DNA of 64,000 nucleotides, from NCBI GenBank assembly GCA_027364845.1, contig DAHXOO010000008.1, positions 121 through 64,120 of the forward strand, written 5' to 3'. This DNA comes from Pseudomonadota bacterium. Lineage in GTDB: Bacteria > Pseudomonadota > Gammaproteobacteria > Acidiferrobacterales > UBA6901. The translations under genes and the position numbers were made by a program. The notes beneath the pieces were generated by a model, which saw only the letters and a program-made list of their open reading frames with translations, searched no databases and was not told where the DNA came from. Shown here in pieces: positions 9,698 to 19,956 of this stretch (position 1 is its first letter; every line of letters starts with the position of its first letter).

Positions 9698-9744
9698 TGC
9701 ACTATTTCAGTGCATATAGGCCATGTAAGTGCTATTTTGGTGCA
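9698..9744. promoter_or_regulatory. two NtrC-type enhancer sites upstream of glnA
   Basis: TGCACTATTTCAGTGCA (9698-9714) and GTGCTATTTTGGTGCA (9729-9744) match the TGCACC-N5-GGTGCA dyad. They lie roughly 65-110 bp upstream of the sigma-54 promoter. Confidence 0.7.
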
Positions 9745-9807
9745 TCATATTTTAGGTGGCTTTAAAGAAATAAGAACAAATACAATAGATTATTCCCGTT
9801 TCAGTCA

Positions 9808-9823
9808 TGGCATATTTCGTGCA
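9808..9823 (+). promoter_or_regulatory. sigma-54 promoter (glnAp2-like)
   Basis: TGGCAT-ATTTC-GTGCA has the GG and GC elements at the correct -24/-12 spacing, 100 nt upstream of the glnA ATG. Confidence 0.7.
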
Positions 9824-9922
9824 AAATGTCGGGCTCAGGTTCATGCAGGATAAGTGCCCGAGCGGCATGTCCAATTTTGATCCAGTTTCATGTTTCAATT
9901 TCCCTTTTTAGGAGGAACCCAG

Positions 9923-11332
9923 ATGTCCGGCGCCGACGTACTTAAGATGATCAAAGAAAAGGAAGTGAAATTCGTGGACTTCCGCTTTACCGACACCAAG
10001 GGCAAAGAGCAGCACGTGTCCGTGCCTGCAAGCACGGTTGATGCGTCCCTATTCGAGGAAGGCAAGATGTTTGACGGCTCTTCGATCGCGGGATGGAAAG
10101 GCATTCAGGAATCCGACATGATCCTTATGCCGGAGTCGGCTACTGCAGTGATGGACCCGTTTATGGAGGAAAGGACACTTATCTTGCGATGCGACGTTAT
10201 CGAACCGAACACAATGCAAGGTTATGAACGCGACCCACGCTCCCTCGCAAAGCGCGCCGAAGCTTACCTAAACAGCACAGGGATTGCCGATACCGCGTAT
10301 TTCGGACCTGAGGCCGAATTTTTCATTTTCGATGATGTGCGTTGGAGCTCTGATATCAGCGGCTCTTTTGTCAAAGTCGATTCCGAAGAAGCCTCGTGGA
10401 ACACCGAAAAGGTATACGAGGGCGGCAACATGGGCCATCGCCCCGGCATCAAGGGTGGTTATTTCCCGGTACCACCGGTCGACTCTCAGCAGGACATCCG
10501 TTCGGCCATGTGCCTTGCCATGGAAGAGATGGGGTTGAGCATCGAGACCCATCATCACGAGGTGGCGACCGCTGGCCAGAACGAGATTGGGATGAGATTC
10601 AACACCTTGATCAAGAAGGCCGACGAGCTTCAGATCTACAAATACTGCGTGCATAACGTCGCGCATGCCTATGGCAAGACTGCGACCTTCATGCCAAAAC
10701 CGCTGGTGGGAGATAACGGCTCCGGCATGCACGTGCACCAATCGCTGGCAAAGGGCGGCAAGAATCTGTTCACGGGCAACGGCTACGGTGGCCTAAGCGA
10801 TGTCGCCCTGTACTACATCGGCGGCATCATAAAGCATGCGCGCGCCGTGAATGCGTTCACTAATTCGCTTACAAACAGCTATAAGCGTCTGGTTCCCGGC
10901 TTCGAGGCTCCCGTCATGCTGGCATACTCGGCGCGCAACCGGTCCGCATCGATTCGTATTCCCTACGTTTCCAACCCGAAGGGGCGCCGCATCGAGGTGC
11001 GATTCCCGGATGCCGGCAGCAATCCGTACTTCGCTTTTGCTGCCATGCTGATGGCGGGTCTAGATGGCATCCAGAACAAGATTCATCCGGGCGAGGCCAT
11101 GGACAAGGACCTGTACGATCTGCCGCCGGAAGAGGAAAAGAAGATTCCTACCGTGTGCCACGCACTGGACCAAGCGCTGGAGGCCTTGGACAAGGATCGC
11201 AAGTTCCTAACCGCCGGTGGCGTGTTTACAGATGACCTCATCGATGCCTACATCGACCTCAAGATGAAAGAGGTGACGCGTCTGCGTATGACCACTCATC
11301 CAGTGGAATTCGATATGTACTATAGCGTCTGA
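9923..11332 (+). CDS. glnA: glutamine synthetase type I
   Basis: 469 aa from the ATG at 9923 (GGAGG RBS). Collinear with enterobacterial GlnA, including the adenylylation-site context [10 protein letters not shown]. Confidence 0.97.
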   Translation: MSGADVLKMIKEKEVKFVDFRFTDTKGKEQHVSVPASTVDASLFEEGKMFDGSSIAGWKGIQESDMILMPESATAVMDPFMEERTLILRCDVIEPNTMQGYERDPRSLAKRAEAYLNSTGIADTAYFGPEAEFFIFDDVRWSSDISGSFVKVDSEEASWNTEKVYEGGNMGHRPGIKGGYFPVPPVDSQQDIRSAMCLAMEEMGLSIETHHHEVATAGQNEIGMRFNTLIKKADELQIYKYCVHNVAHAYGKTATFMPKPLVGDNGSGMHVHQSLAKGGKNLFTGNGYGGLSDVALYYIGGIIKHARAVNAFTNSLTNSYKRLVPGFEAPVMLAYSARNRSASIRIPYVSNPKGRRIEVRFPDAGSNPYFAFAAMLMAGLDGIQNKIHPGEAMDKDLYDLPPEEEKKIPTVCHALDQALEALDKDRKFLTAGGVFTDDLIDAYIDLKMKEVTRLRMTTHPVEFDMYYSV

Positions 11333-11354
11333 GTCGTCACCGGTACGGTCGTCC

Positions 11355-11388
11355 AAAAACGCCCCCTTTTATGGGGGCGTTTTTTATT
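11355..11388 (+). terminator. rho-independent terminator of glnA
   Basis: AAAAACGCCCCC - TTTTAT - GGGGGCGTTTTT followed by a T-run. Confidence 0.85.
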
Positions 11389-11411
11389 TGGTGATTTCTG
11401 GAATAGAAGAA

Positions 11412-11428
11412 TGCACCCTTTTGGTGCA
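11412..11428. promoter_or_regulatory. perfect NtrC dyad between glnA and ntrB
   Basis: TGCACC-CTTTT-GGTGCA. Confidence 0.7.
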
Positions 11429-11490
11429 TTTCATTTCCTGTTAATATGAGTTTTCTTTATAAATCCTTTATTTTTAAAGGAAATCATAAA

Positions 11491-11506
11491 TGGTGTAATT
11501 TTTGCT
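11491..11506 (+). promoter_or_regulatory. candidate sigma-54-type promoter for ntrBC
   Basis: TGGTGT-AATTT-TTGCT has GG and GC at the correct spacing, 39 nt upstream of the ntrB start in an AT-rich spacer. Confidence 0.4.
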
Positions 11507-11544
11507 AACTGTAATTTTGTCAAAATGCAAAGGGATAAGATCCA

Positions 11545-12597
11545 TTGAACGACTGTCGGCATATCCTGGAGAACCTGAGCGCGACCGTGATGGTGCTCGA
11601 CAGTTCGTTGCGCCTGCTTTCCATCAATCCGGCTGGGGAAATGCTGTTTGAAGTCAGTGCCCGTCAGATCCTCGGACAGCCCATCACCGATCTGCTCCCA
11701 CACAACGCGGCGCTGATCCAACAGCTCAACGAGGCGCTTCGCAGCGGCCACCCCTTCACCGAGCACGGTCTGCGAGCCAGTCTTGCGGACGGTCGCGACA
11801 TCACCGTGGATTGTGCCGCCACGCCTCTTGCAGTCGGCGTCACCACCGAGATGCTCATCGAATTGACCCCGGTGGACCGGCTGTTGCGCATCGCACGCGA
11901 GGAGAAAATGCTTGACCAGCATGCCACTAGCCGCGCGTTGATTCGCGGCCTCGCGCACGAGATCAAGAACCCGCTGGGCGGGTTGCGCGGCGCAGCGCAG
12001 CTGCTCGAACGCAAGCTCCCCAACAATGAACTTGCCGAGTACACACGCATCATTATTCGCGAGGCCGATCGCCTGCGCGGCCTCGTTGATCGCATGATCG
12101 GCCCGAACGTGCCACTCAACAAACGTCCGACGAACATCCACCAGGTATTCGAGCACGTGCGCAGCCTCATATTGGCTGAGATTCCGGAAGGTATCAGCGT
12201 ACGCCGCGATTACGACCCGAGCCTGCCGGAGTTTCTGGGCGACTCGGATCAGCTCATCCAGGCAATCCTTAATATCGCACGCAATGCAGCACAGGCACTG
12301 GACGGAAAGGGCGCGGTATGGCTTCGCTCGCGCGTCGAACGCAAGTTCACCATCGGTCAAAACCGCCATCGATTGACGCTGCGCGCTGAAATCGAGGACA
12401 ACGGCCCAGGCGTACCAGATGAGCTCAAGGAACACATCTTTTATCCGATGATCACCGGTCGGGCAGAAGGTACCGGTCTCGGCCTGTCGATAGCGCAGGA
12501 CATCATTCACCAGCACGGGGGGATGATCGAATGCGTCAGCCGACCGCTGCAGACGATTTTTCGCATTTATTTACCGATGGAGGTTGGCAATGGTTAG
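11545..12597 (+). CDS. glnL: nitrogen regulation sensor histidine kinase NtrB
   Basis: 350 aa. PAS domain, H-box HEIKNPLGG, and N/G boxes (EDNGPGVP, GTGLGLS). Follows glnA. Confidence 0.93.
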   Translation: MNDCRHILENLSATVMVLDSSLRLLSINPAGEMLFEVSARQILGQPITDLLPHNAALIQQLNEALRSGHPFTEHGLRASLADGRDITVDCAATPLAVGVTTEMLIELTPVDRLLRIAREEKMLDQHATSRALIRGLAHEIKNPLGGLRGAAQLLERKLPNNELAEYTRIIIREADRLRGLVDRMIGPNVPLNKRPTNIHQVFEHVRSLILAEIPEGISVRRDYDPSLPEFLGDSDQLIQAILNIARNAAQALDGKGAVWLRSRVERKFTIGQNRHRLTLRAEIEDNGPGVPDELKEHIFYPMITGRAEGTGLGLSIAQDIIHQHGGMIECVSRPLQTIFRIYLPMEVGNG

Positions 12598-13984
12598 GCA
12601 GGAGGCAGCGTGGGTTATCGACGATGACCAGTCCATCCGTTGGGTGCTCGAGCGGGCGCTGCAGCAGGAGGGCATCGCGGTCCGCAGCTTCGAGTCAGCG
12701 GAGGATATTCTCGCTAGCCTCAGCCACCAGCAGCCCGATGCGATCATCACCGATATCCGCATGCCCGGCCTCAATGGACTCGATCTCCTGGAGTCAATCC
12801 GTGCCCGTTTTCCGGAGTTGCCGATCATCATTATGACCGCGCATTCTGATCTCGAAAGTGCGGTTGCCGCCTACCGTGGCGGCGCATTCGAATACCTGCC
12901 GAAGCCTTTCGACGTCGACGATGCTGTCAGACTTACGCGTCGCGCCATAGAACATCACCGCAGGCACCGCAACAGCCCGCTGCCCGGACACAACGCGGCG
13001 CCGGAGATTCTCGGCGAAGCCCCAGCGATGCAGGAGGTTTTTCGGGCCATAGGACGCCTGTCGCGTTCGCATTTGAACGTGCTCATCAATGGCGAGTCAG
13101 GTACAGGGAAGGAACTGGTGGCGCGTGCGCTTCACCGCCACAGCCCGCGCGCGGACAAGCCGTTCATCGCCATAAATATCGCGGCGATTCCCGGCGAGCT
13201 TTTGGAGTCCGAGTTGTTCGGACATGAACGCGGGGCGTTCACCGGTGCATTGTCGCAGCGCAAGGGCCGCTTCGAGCAGGCCCATGGGGGCACGTTATTT
13301 CTCGACGAAATCGGGGACATGCCGGCCGAGCTTCAGACCCGGCTGCTGCGCGTGCTCTCGGATGGAAAGTTCTATCGGGTCGGCGGACACGAGCAAATCG
13401 AGACTGATGTGCGTATCGTCGCAGCGACCAACCAGGATCTCGAGAACCGGGTCAGGGACGGCCGTTTCCGCGAAGATCTGTTTCACCGGTTGAACGTGAT
13501 TCGCGTGCACATTCCGCCACTGCGAGCGCGCCAGGAGGACATTCCAGTGCTCGCGCGCCATTTCCTGGAGACGTCAGCGCAGGAACTGGGCACCGAAACC
13601 AAGCAGTTGTTGCCGGAGACGGATGTTTACATAAGCGGTCTGTCGTGGCCCGGAAATGTCCGTCAGCTTGAAAACACCTGCCGCTGGCTCACTGTCATGG
13701 CGCCGGGACAGACTGTGCGGATCGAGGACCTCCCGCAGGAACTGCGTGCAGCCGAAGTCGATCCACAGCGTGCACAGGACTGGGAAGCTGGGCTGCGGCG
13801 GCTGATCGAGCAACGTCTGACGCTGGGCGAGACGAATATCCTCGAAAAACTCAATCCTGACTTCGAGCGCATCCTGATCGAAGTGGCGCTCACGCACACG
13901 GGTGGCAGAAAACAGGATGCGGCACGCAAACTTGGCTGGGGCCGGAACACGCTTACACGCAAACTCAAGGAACTGGGAATGTGA
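12590..13984 (+). CDS. glnG: nitrogen regulation response regulator NtrC (sigma-54 activator)
   Basis: Receiver domain ([16 protein letters not shown]), AAA+ domain with GESGTGKE and GAFTGA, C-terminal Fis-type HTH. The ATG at 12590 has a GGAGG RBS and overlaps the ntrB stop. Confidence 0.95.
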   Translation: MVRQEAAWVIDDDQSIRWVLERALQQEGIAVRSFESAEDILASLSHQQPDAIITDIRMPGLNGLDLLESIRARFPELPIIIMTAHSDLESAVAAYRGGAFEYLPKPFDVDDAVRLTRRAIEHHRRHRNSPLPGHNAAPEILGEAPAMQEVFRAIGRLSRSHLNVLINGESGTGKELVARALHRHSPRADKPFIAINIAAIPGELLESELFGHERGAFTGALSQRKGRFEQAHGGTLFLDEIGDMPAELQTRLLRVLSDGKFYRVGGHEQIETDVRIVAATNQDLENRVRDGRFREDLFHRLNVIRVHIPPLRARQEDIPVLARHFLETSAQELGTETKQLLPETDVYISGLSWPGNVRQLENTCRWLTVMAPGQTVRIEDLPQELRAAEVDPQRAQDWEAGLRRLIEQRLTLGETNILEKLNPDFERILIEVALTHTGGRKQDAARKLGWGRNTLTRKLKELGM

Positions 13985-14102
13985 ACTGGGCAGCGCTGGG
14001 ATCTGGACTCGCGCCCGGCCTTGTGTACACCCCTGCTGCGGCGGACGGTCCGGACTTTCTTCACCTCTGCTTCCGGTTACCCGGCGTTCTGCCAGCACGG
14101 GA

Positions 14103-15320
14103 TCAGTCCTCGGCCCGCACACTCCTTGCGAGTGGCGGAAGATCGCCCTCGAGACCAATGGCCCGCCGCATGATCAGGCGCTTGACCGGACCGAGGCTAT
14201 CAGCGACGGTCAAACCGAAATTGCGCGCGGCCCGGACCGGCCAGTAGTCCGTGCCGAAGGCGCGTTTGAAGGCGTCGGAAACGGCAAGCATCATAAGGTT
14301 CCCGCCCTTGCGCCAGCGCTCGTAGCGGCGCAATACTCCCGACGCCCCGATGTCTCGATCCAGCTGGAACGCGCCGCCGACTATCTCTGCCAGCGCTGCG
14401 GCGTCAAGCAGCCCCAGATTAACTCCTTGCCCAGCAAGGGGATGAATACGGTGCGCCGCGTCTCCAACGAGCGCCACTCGCGTGTCCACATAGCGCTCGG
14501 CATGCGCAAAACCAAGCGGAAATGCGGCACGCGCGCTCACCCACTCGATCGCGCCCAGCCTGTCCCCAAAGCTTGCCTGGAGCTCCTGGCGGAAGGCGCT
14601 ATCCTCCAGATCCAGCAGAGACTTCCCGTAACGGGTGTCGCACGACCAGACAATGGAGCAAAGGCTTGGATCGCACAGCGGCAGAAATGCCAGAGGCCCG
14701 CTTGCAAGAAACACCTGGCGCGCGGCCTCGCCATGGGGCATGGAGGTTCGAACAGTGGCGACGATGGCGATCTGATCGTAACTCCCGCCGCGGCTATTGA
14801 TCCCTGCCAGTCCACGCACATGTGATTCGGCCCCGTCAGCGCCCACTACCAGCTGCGCCGTGCACACCGTCCCGTCGGAAAGCGTCACCGCGACCCCGGC
14901 CTCGCGCATTTCGATTGCGTCAAGCATGACCGGACACTTGATGCTGACAGCTGGCAATCGCGCGATGTGTGTATGCGCAGCGTACATGACTACGCGGTTC
15001 TCGATGATGTAACCAAGCTGCGCCTCACCAAGCTCAGCCGCGTCAAAATGAATCGCCCCGGGGCCACGTGCGTCCCAGACGTACATTTCCCGCAGCGGAC
15101 ATACGCGTCGCTGCACAAGGTCCTGCCACATTCCGAGGTTCCGGAAAATCGCACGCGATGCCAGCGTAATGGCGCTCACGCGCAGATCGTATTCATCGCG
15201 AAAATCGGCCGCTGGAACCTGGCTATCGACAATCACGACGCGCATTCCCGCCTGTCCACAGGCAAGCGCGAGCGTGGCACCGACCATGCCCGCTCCCGCA
15301 ATGACCAGGTCGCAATCCAT
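14103..15320 (-). CDS. ubiI: UbiH/UbiF/VisC-family FAD-dependent ubiquinone hydroxylase
   Basis: GAGMVG dinucleotide fold at the N-terminus (start moved to MDCDLVIAGAG). DAAHRIHPLAGQGVNLG motif. Sits in the pepP-ubiH-visC order. Confidence 0.8.
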   Translation of the reverse strand: MDCDLVIAGAGMVGATLALACGQAGMRVVIVDSQVPAADFRDEYDLRVSAITLASRAIFRNLGMWQDLVQRRVCPLREMYVWDARGPGAIHFDAAELGEAQLGYIIENRVVMYAAHTHIARLPAVSIKCPVMLDAIEMREAGVAVTLSDGTVCTAQLVVGADGAESHVRGLAGINSRGGSYDQIAIVATVRTSMPHGEAARQVFLASGPLAFLPLCDPSLCSIVWSCDTRYGKSLLDLEDSAFRQELQASFGDRLGAIEWVSARAAFPLGFAHAERYVDTRVALVGDAAHRIHPLAGQGVNLGLLDAAALAEIVGGAFQLDRDIGASGVLRRYERWRKGGNLMMLAVSDAFKRAFGTDYWPVRAARNFGLTVADSLGPVKRLIMRRAIGLEGDLPPLARSVRAED

Positions 15321-15431
15321 ACCGGCTCCCCGGCCAGCGTGACGGCCATTCATTCTGCTCACCACAGCGACCCGAAACTGCACCGGCTGCGGGTCACACG
15401 GCATAAAGCTGCAAATCCCTCCATGGGTGGA

Positions 15432-16664
15432 CTAAAACAGCGGCAGGCCGCGGGCGAGCCGCGGAAGCCGCCCGGCGAGACCCATGGTACGATGCACCAG
15501 CCCGCGCTTGATTCCCGGAACGAGGTCCACTGCCACCAGCCCCAGATTGCGCATGACCACAAGCGGCGCAAAGCTGTTGGAAAATAACCGCACAAGTCCA
15601 TCTGTGAAACTGCTCACGGCGAGGTTGTCGCGCCGGCGCCAGTCTGCATAGGTGCGCAGAACGTCCACCGCTCCAGGATCGTCACTCCGACGCCGGGCCT
15701 CGACCAGCACCTGGGCCAAAGCGGCGACGTCGCGCAGCCCCAGGTTGAAGCCCTGTCCGGCTACCGGATGCAAGGTGTGAGCCGCATTGCCAATGAGAGC
15801 AAGGCGCGCGCGCACGTGCTCCGCGACTCGTGTCAAGGCGAGCGCGTAGGATCGACGTGTGCCAACTTTGGTGAATCGGCCGAGTCGCTCGCCGAAGCTG
15901 TCCTGCAGCCGTTCAAGAAAGGGTGCGTCCGGCAGCGCCAGCACCGCCTCCGCCTGGTCGGGAGGCAGACTCCAGACTACGCTACAGCGGTTCTCCGACA
16001 TGGGCAGCAGCGCTAGCGGGCCGTCTGCCGTAAACCGCTCAAACGCCGTCCCCTCGTGTGCGCGCTCTGCTGATACGTTGGTCACCACTGCGGTCTGGCC
16101 GTAGTTTATCCGGCGGACGGCAATTCCGGACGCCGCCCGCACTGCCGAGTCACCGCCATCGGCCGCCACGACTAACCGGGTGGTCAGTCTCTTTATTATG
16201 CCCTCGTGATCAATCACTACCGAAGCGCAGTCAACCGAAAAGTCGATAGACGTCAAGGTCGCTGGCTGCAGCAATGCTGTCTCGGACGTCACCCGCAGCC
16301 GCGCGTTCAACACCGCGCCGAGCACACGATTCTCCACTACGTATCCCAGCGCCTCGACACCCGCTGCGGCAGCGTCGAGACGGGTGAATCCGAAATGGCC
16401 ACGGTCTGAAACATGGATGCGCTTGATGGCCGTTACACCGGCCGCGGCAGCCTGCAGGCTTTCCCAGACACCCAGTGCCGAAAAAATACGTTTCGACCCG
16501 TAGGCCAGGGCAATGGTGCGGTCGTCATAACTTGGCTGCCGAACATCGCCATAGGGCACCGATTCGATCACCCCAATGCGCAGGCCGCTGCCGCCGAGGG
16601 CGATGCCTAGGCTGGCCCCCACCATGCCGCCGCCGATGATCAGAACGTCATAGTCCGGTTGCAT
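15432..16664 (-). CDS. ubiH: 2-octaprenyl-6-methoxyphenol hydroxylase
   Basis: Start moved to MQPDYDVLIIGGGMVG. NAAHTLHPVAGQGFNLG motif. Lies directly downstream of pepP. Confidence 0.85.
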   Translation of the reverse strand: MQPDYDVLIIGGGMVGASLGIALGGSGLRIGVIESVPYGDVRQPSYDDRTIALAYGSKRIFSALGVWESLQAAAAGVTAIKRIHVSDRGHFGFTRLDAAAAGVEALGYVVENRVLGAVLNARLRVTSETALLQPATLTSIDFSVDCASVVIDHEGIIKRLTTRLVVAADGGDSAVRAASGIAVRRINYGQTAVVTNVSAERAHEGTAFERFTADGPLALLPMSENRCSVVWSLPPDQAEAVLALPDAPFLERLQDSFGERLGRFTKVGTRRSYALALTRVAEHVRARLALIGNAAHTLHPVAGQGFNLGLRDVAALAQVLVEARRRSDDPGAVDVLRTYADWRRRDNLAVSSFTDGLVRLFSNSFAPLVVMRNLGLVAVDLVPGIKRGLVHRTMGLAGRLPRLARGLPLF

Positions 16665-16736
16665 AAGCAGTCCTAGTTTCCAACTCGGCCACGATGCCTC
16701 CATTGGACATGCGCCTGAATACCCGCAAGCCGCTGG

Positions 16737-18044
16737 TCACCGCCCGTGCATCAAAGATTCGATCTCGGGAATCGTCTTTGGTGCCTCATGGCTGAGCACC
16801 TCGTTGCCATCGCGCACGACCAGCACGTCATCTTCTATGCGCACGCCAATATTCCAGAACTCGCGCGGCACTTCCTTGTTTCCTGCAGCGATGTACAGGC
16901 CAGGCTCCACCGTTAAGACCATTCCCGGCTCCAACAGCCGCCAGGCCTCGTGCACCTTGTAATCGCCGACATCATGCACGTCCATTCCCAGCCAGTGGCC
17001 AGTGCGGTGCATGTAAAAACGCTTGTAGTCGCCGTTTTCCACGAGTCCGTCGACCTCTCCCTTCAGCAGGCCGAGATCCAGCAACCCCTGCGCGAGAATG
17101 CGCACGGCAGTGTCGTGCGGCTCGTTCCAATGACCGCCAGCGCGCACCCGCCCGATCGCCGCGAGCTGCGCCTCCAGTACAATTTCGTATACTGCTTTCT
17201 GGGCACCGCTGAATCTGCCATTGACCGGGAAGGTGCGCGTTATATCGGCAGCATAGCTATCCATCTCGGCTGCGGCGTCGATCAAAAGCAGGTCGCCGTC
17301 TTTCAGTTCCCCGCTGTTTTCGGTGTAATGCAAAATGCAGCCGTTGGCGCCTCCTCCCACGATCGGCGGGTATGCGGGGAACCGGCTGCCTCCCTTCATA
17401 AACTCGTAGAGCAGCTCGGCTTCGATCTCGTACTCCATCGCACCGGGCCGGCTGGCAATCATAGCCTGTCGATGAGCACGCGCCGAGATCCTGGCCGCCT
17501 TGCGCATGAGCCGCAATTCTTCGGGTCGCTTGATCAACCGCATCTCATGAAGGATGTGGTCAAGATCGACGAATTCACCGGGCGCATGCACCCCGTTACG
17601 CGCCTTGGCCCGGACTTCGTTGACCCAGCTCATGAGTCGGTGATCGAACTCCGGGTTACGCCCCATGCTGCAGAAAACCTTTTCGCGGTTTTCGAGCAGC
17701 CCCGGAAGAATATCGTCGATGTCGTCGATCGGAAATGCGTCGTCAGCGCCGTAGGTCTCCTGGGCGCCATCTACTCCGGCGCGCCTTCCCTCCCAGATTT
17801 CCTTTTCCGGATTCTTGTCCCGGCAGAACAGAATGAACTCGCCATGGGTGCGCCCCGGTACCAGCACCGCGACTGCCTCTGGCTCCGGGAAATGCGTGAG
17901 GTAGTAAAAATCGCTGTCGGGGCGAAAAGGAAAATCTACATCGCGATTGCGGGTGCGCACGGGTGCCGTTGGCAGTATCGCAACACCCCCGCCCATTTGA
18001 TCCATCAGCTCGCGCCGACGCTTGGCGAAATCGGTCATATTCAT
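16737..18044 (-). CDS. pepP: Xaa-Pro aminopeptidase
   Basis: M24B fold. HRTGHWLGMDVHD and VLTVEPG motifs. Start moved to MNMTDFAKRR. Confidence 0.92.
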   Translation of the reverse strand: MNMTDFAKRRRELMDQMGGGVAILPTAPVRTRNRDVDFPFRPDSDFYYLTHFPEPEAVAVLVPGRTHGEFILFCRDKNPEKEIWEGRRAGVDGAQETYGADDAFPIDDIDDILPGLLENREKVFCSMGRNPEFDHRLMSWVNEVRAKARNGVHAPGEFVDLDHILHEMRLIKRPEELRLMRKAARISARAHRQAMIASRPGAMEYEIEAELLYEFMKGGSRFPAYPPIVGGGANGCILHYTENSGELKDGDLLLIDAAAEMDSYAADITRTFPVNGRFSGAQKAVYEIVLEAQLAAIGRVRAGGHWNEPHDTAVRILAQGLLDLGLLKGEVDGLVENGDYKRFYMHRTGHWLGMDVHDVGDYKVHEAWRLLEPGMVLTVEPGLYIAAGNKEVPREFWNIGVRIEDDVLVVRDGNEVLSHEAPKTIPEIESLMHGR

Positions 18045-18270
18045 GATTCCATTATGCCCCATCAGGCCGGTTGTTTGAAAACCGGCTGCGGCGGCCAACC
18101 AGTCGCCGCAGCGTGCTTCCGGGCGAGACCTTATCGTCCGTTCGTCGGCGCCGCATGCCGCGTGCTGGGCACGTCGAGCGCTCTGCTATATATTGAACTG
18201 CACAGAAGCGCCTGTCCGTTCGGCCTGTGCAATCTTTTAACCTAAGCAAAAATACCAATTGGAGTTCGCC

Positions 18271-18687
18271 ATGGAAAAATTCAGCATCACAACAAGATCC
18301 GTTAGTCGCTTCTTGATCCTGTGCCTAGTGTTCATGGGAGTTCATGTGGCGGCCGCACGTGCGCAGATTGTCGGCACCGAGGCTGCACTCAACAGCCAGG
18401 CGGCGGACTCGGGTAACCGGGCACGCCTGCATACGTTCCTCGAGCGCAAGGAAGTGCGTCATCAGATGCTGGCGATGGGCGTGAACCCGCAAGACGTCAG
18501 CGCGCGCGTCAACAGCCTGACCACCACCCAGGTCGCAGACCTCGCGGGCCGGATTAACAAGCTGCCCGCGGGCGGGGACTTAGGGGGCGTGTTGTTCGTC
18601 GCCTTGGTCGTGTTTCTGGTTCTTCTGTATACCGATATCATGGGTTACACCAATGTCTTTCCGTTTGTGAAGAAACACGCACGCTAG
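18271..18687 (+). CDS. PA2779-family small membrane protein (signal peptide, helical domain, C-terminal TM)
   Basis: 138 aa. Signal peptide ...VAAARA, then a soluble region, then LPAGGDLGG followed by a TM helix and a basic tail. Always paired, as far as I recall, with the following peptidase family. Confidence 0.65.
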   Translation: MEKFSITTRSVSRFLILCLVFMGVHVAAARAQIVGTEAALNSQAADSGNRARLHTFLERKEVRHQMLAMGVNPQDVSARVNSLTTTQVADLAGRINKLPAGGDLGGVLFVALVVFLVLLYTDIMGYTNVFPFVKKHAR

Positions 18688-18745
18688 CGGTAGAATGGAG
18701 GGCGTGGCCGGCTGCGGGCAGATCCATCGGCAAAACGTAGTGGAT

Positions 18746-19846
18746 ATGGCCAGCGAGGTTGAACTAATTCAGGGCGAGCGGCGGCGCAGGTCGGTCCGTT
18801 GCCTGCCCGTGTCCCCGGGGGCTTCCCTCCGGCATCGGGCTGCAGTTGGTTTCGTGCTTGTCGCTGTACTTCTGTCCGGGTGCGCCACCACGCCCCAGAC
18901 AGATAGCGTGCGTGCCAGCACGCAGTTTGGCCATCAGATCAGCCGTGTCAGTGGAGTTCCGTTTTTTGCGCAGAAAGCCTACCAGTGCGGCCCGGCCTCG
19001 CTTGCGATGGCGCTCAACTGGTCCGGGGTTCCGGTTGCGCCGGAGCAACTGACTCCCCAAGTCTTCCTGCCCAAGCGCAAGGGCAGTCTGCAAATTGAAA
19101 TGGTGGCCGCAGCACGCCGCAACGGGCGGATTGCCTACGTCATCCAGCCTGGGCTACCGTCGCTTCTGACCGAGCTTGGCGCTGGCAATCCGGTGGTCAT
19201 CTTGGAGAATCTCGGTCTGAGCTGGTACCCGGTGTGGCATTACGCCGTCGCGGTGGGTGTCAACGTAGCCGCAGATGAGGTGATCCTTCGCTCCGGCGAC
19301 GCTGCCCGCCAGAACATGCCACTCGGCCTGTTCGAGCGTACCTGGGCACGCAGCGACGATTGGGGCCTGCTGGTCCTTCCGCCGAACCGCCTGCCGGCCA
19401 CGGCCGAGAAGCGCCCCTATCTTAGGGCCGTGGCTGCGCTGGAACGGCTGAACCATTTTCATCAGGCGCACACGGCCTACACCACCGCCCTGCGGCGCTG
19501 GCCGGACAGTCTGGTGGCGCAGATCGGACTGGGAAATACGTGTTACGCACTTAAGGAACTCGCATGTGCCGAGGATGCCTACCGCAAAGCGACCCGCTTG
19601 CATCCCAGCTCGGGCATTGCCTACAACAATCTGGCCCAGACGCTGGCGGACGAAGGCCGTCTCGTCGAAGCAGTCAAGTCTGCACGCCAGGCTGTCGCCC
19701 TGGGCGGACCGTTGGCAGCCACCTTCAGGGGAACCCTAGCCAAAATCGAAACCCGTCAAGGCGCCGGCGCATCGAAGGAACACCCGCGCTTTGGTAACGG
19801 ACATGCGCGGCAACATTTGTCCAGTTCGGGCGTTGACGGCAGATAA
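18746..19846 (+). CDS. PA2778-family C39-like cysteine peptidase lipoprotein with TPR repeats
   Basis: Lipobox LLSGC. Papain-like C39 core with YQCGPASLAM (Cys) and VWHYAVAVG (His). C-terminal TPR-like repeats. The exact start is uncertain. Confidence 0.7.
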   Translation: MASEVELIQGERRRRSVRCLPVSPGASLRHRAAVGFVLVAVLLSGCATTPQTDSVRASTQFGHQISRVSGVPFFAQKAYQCGPASLAMALNWSGVPVAPEQLTPQVFLPKRKGSLQIEMVAAARRNGRIAYVIQPGLPSLLTELGAGNPVVILENLGLSWYPVWHYAVAVGVNVAADEVILRSGDAARQNMPLGLFERTWARSDDWGLLVLPPNRLPATAEKRPYLRAVAALERLNHFHQAHTAYTTALRRWPDSLVAQIGLGNTCYALKELACAEDAYRKATRLHPSSGIAYNNLAQTLADEGRLVEAVKSARQAVALGGPLAATFRGTLAKIETRQGAGASKEHPRFGNGHARQHLSSSGVDGR

Positions 19847-19956
19847 CCCGGACACGCACATCATTTCTGTTACCAAGCAACAGGGCCATTTAACGGATTC
19901 CCCTGTCCGCTATATGTTCGCGTGGTATGGGGTCGAAACAGCGAATTGGAGGGCAA

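Noticed and set aside
16950-18245. 431-aa plus-strand ORF covering the whole of pepP. Similar long antisense ORFs lie at 763-1653 (plsC), 11431-12516 (ntrB), 27404-28261 (tamA) and 35783-36826 (response regulator).
   Set aside because: Each is the codon-complement or shadow frame of a gene with clear homology. The products are Arg/Ala/Pro-rich with no motifs. Scarcity of TTA/CTA/TCA codons in GC-rich genes explains the open antisense frames.
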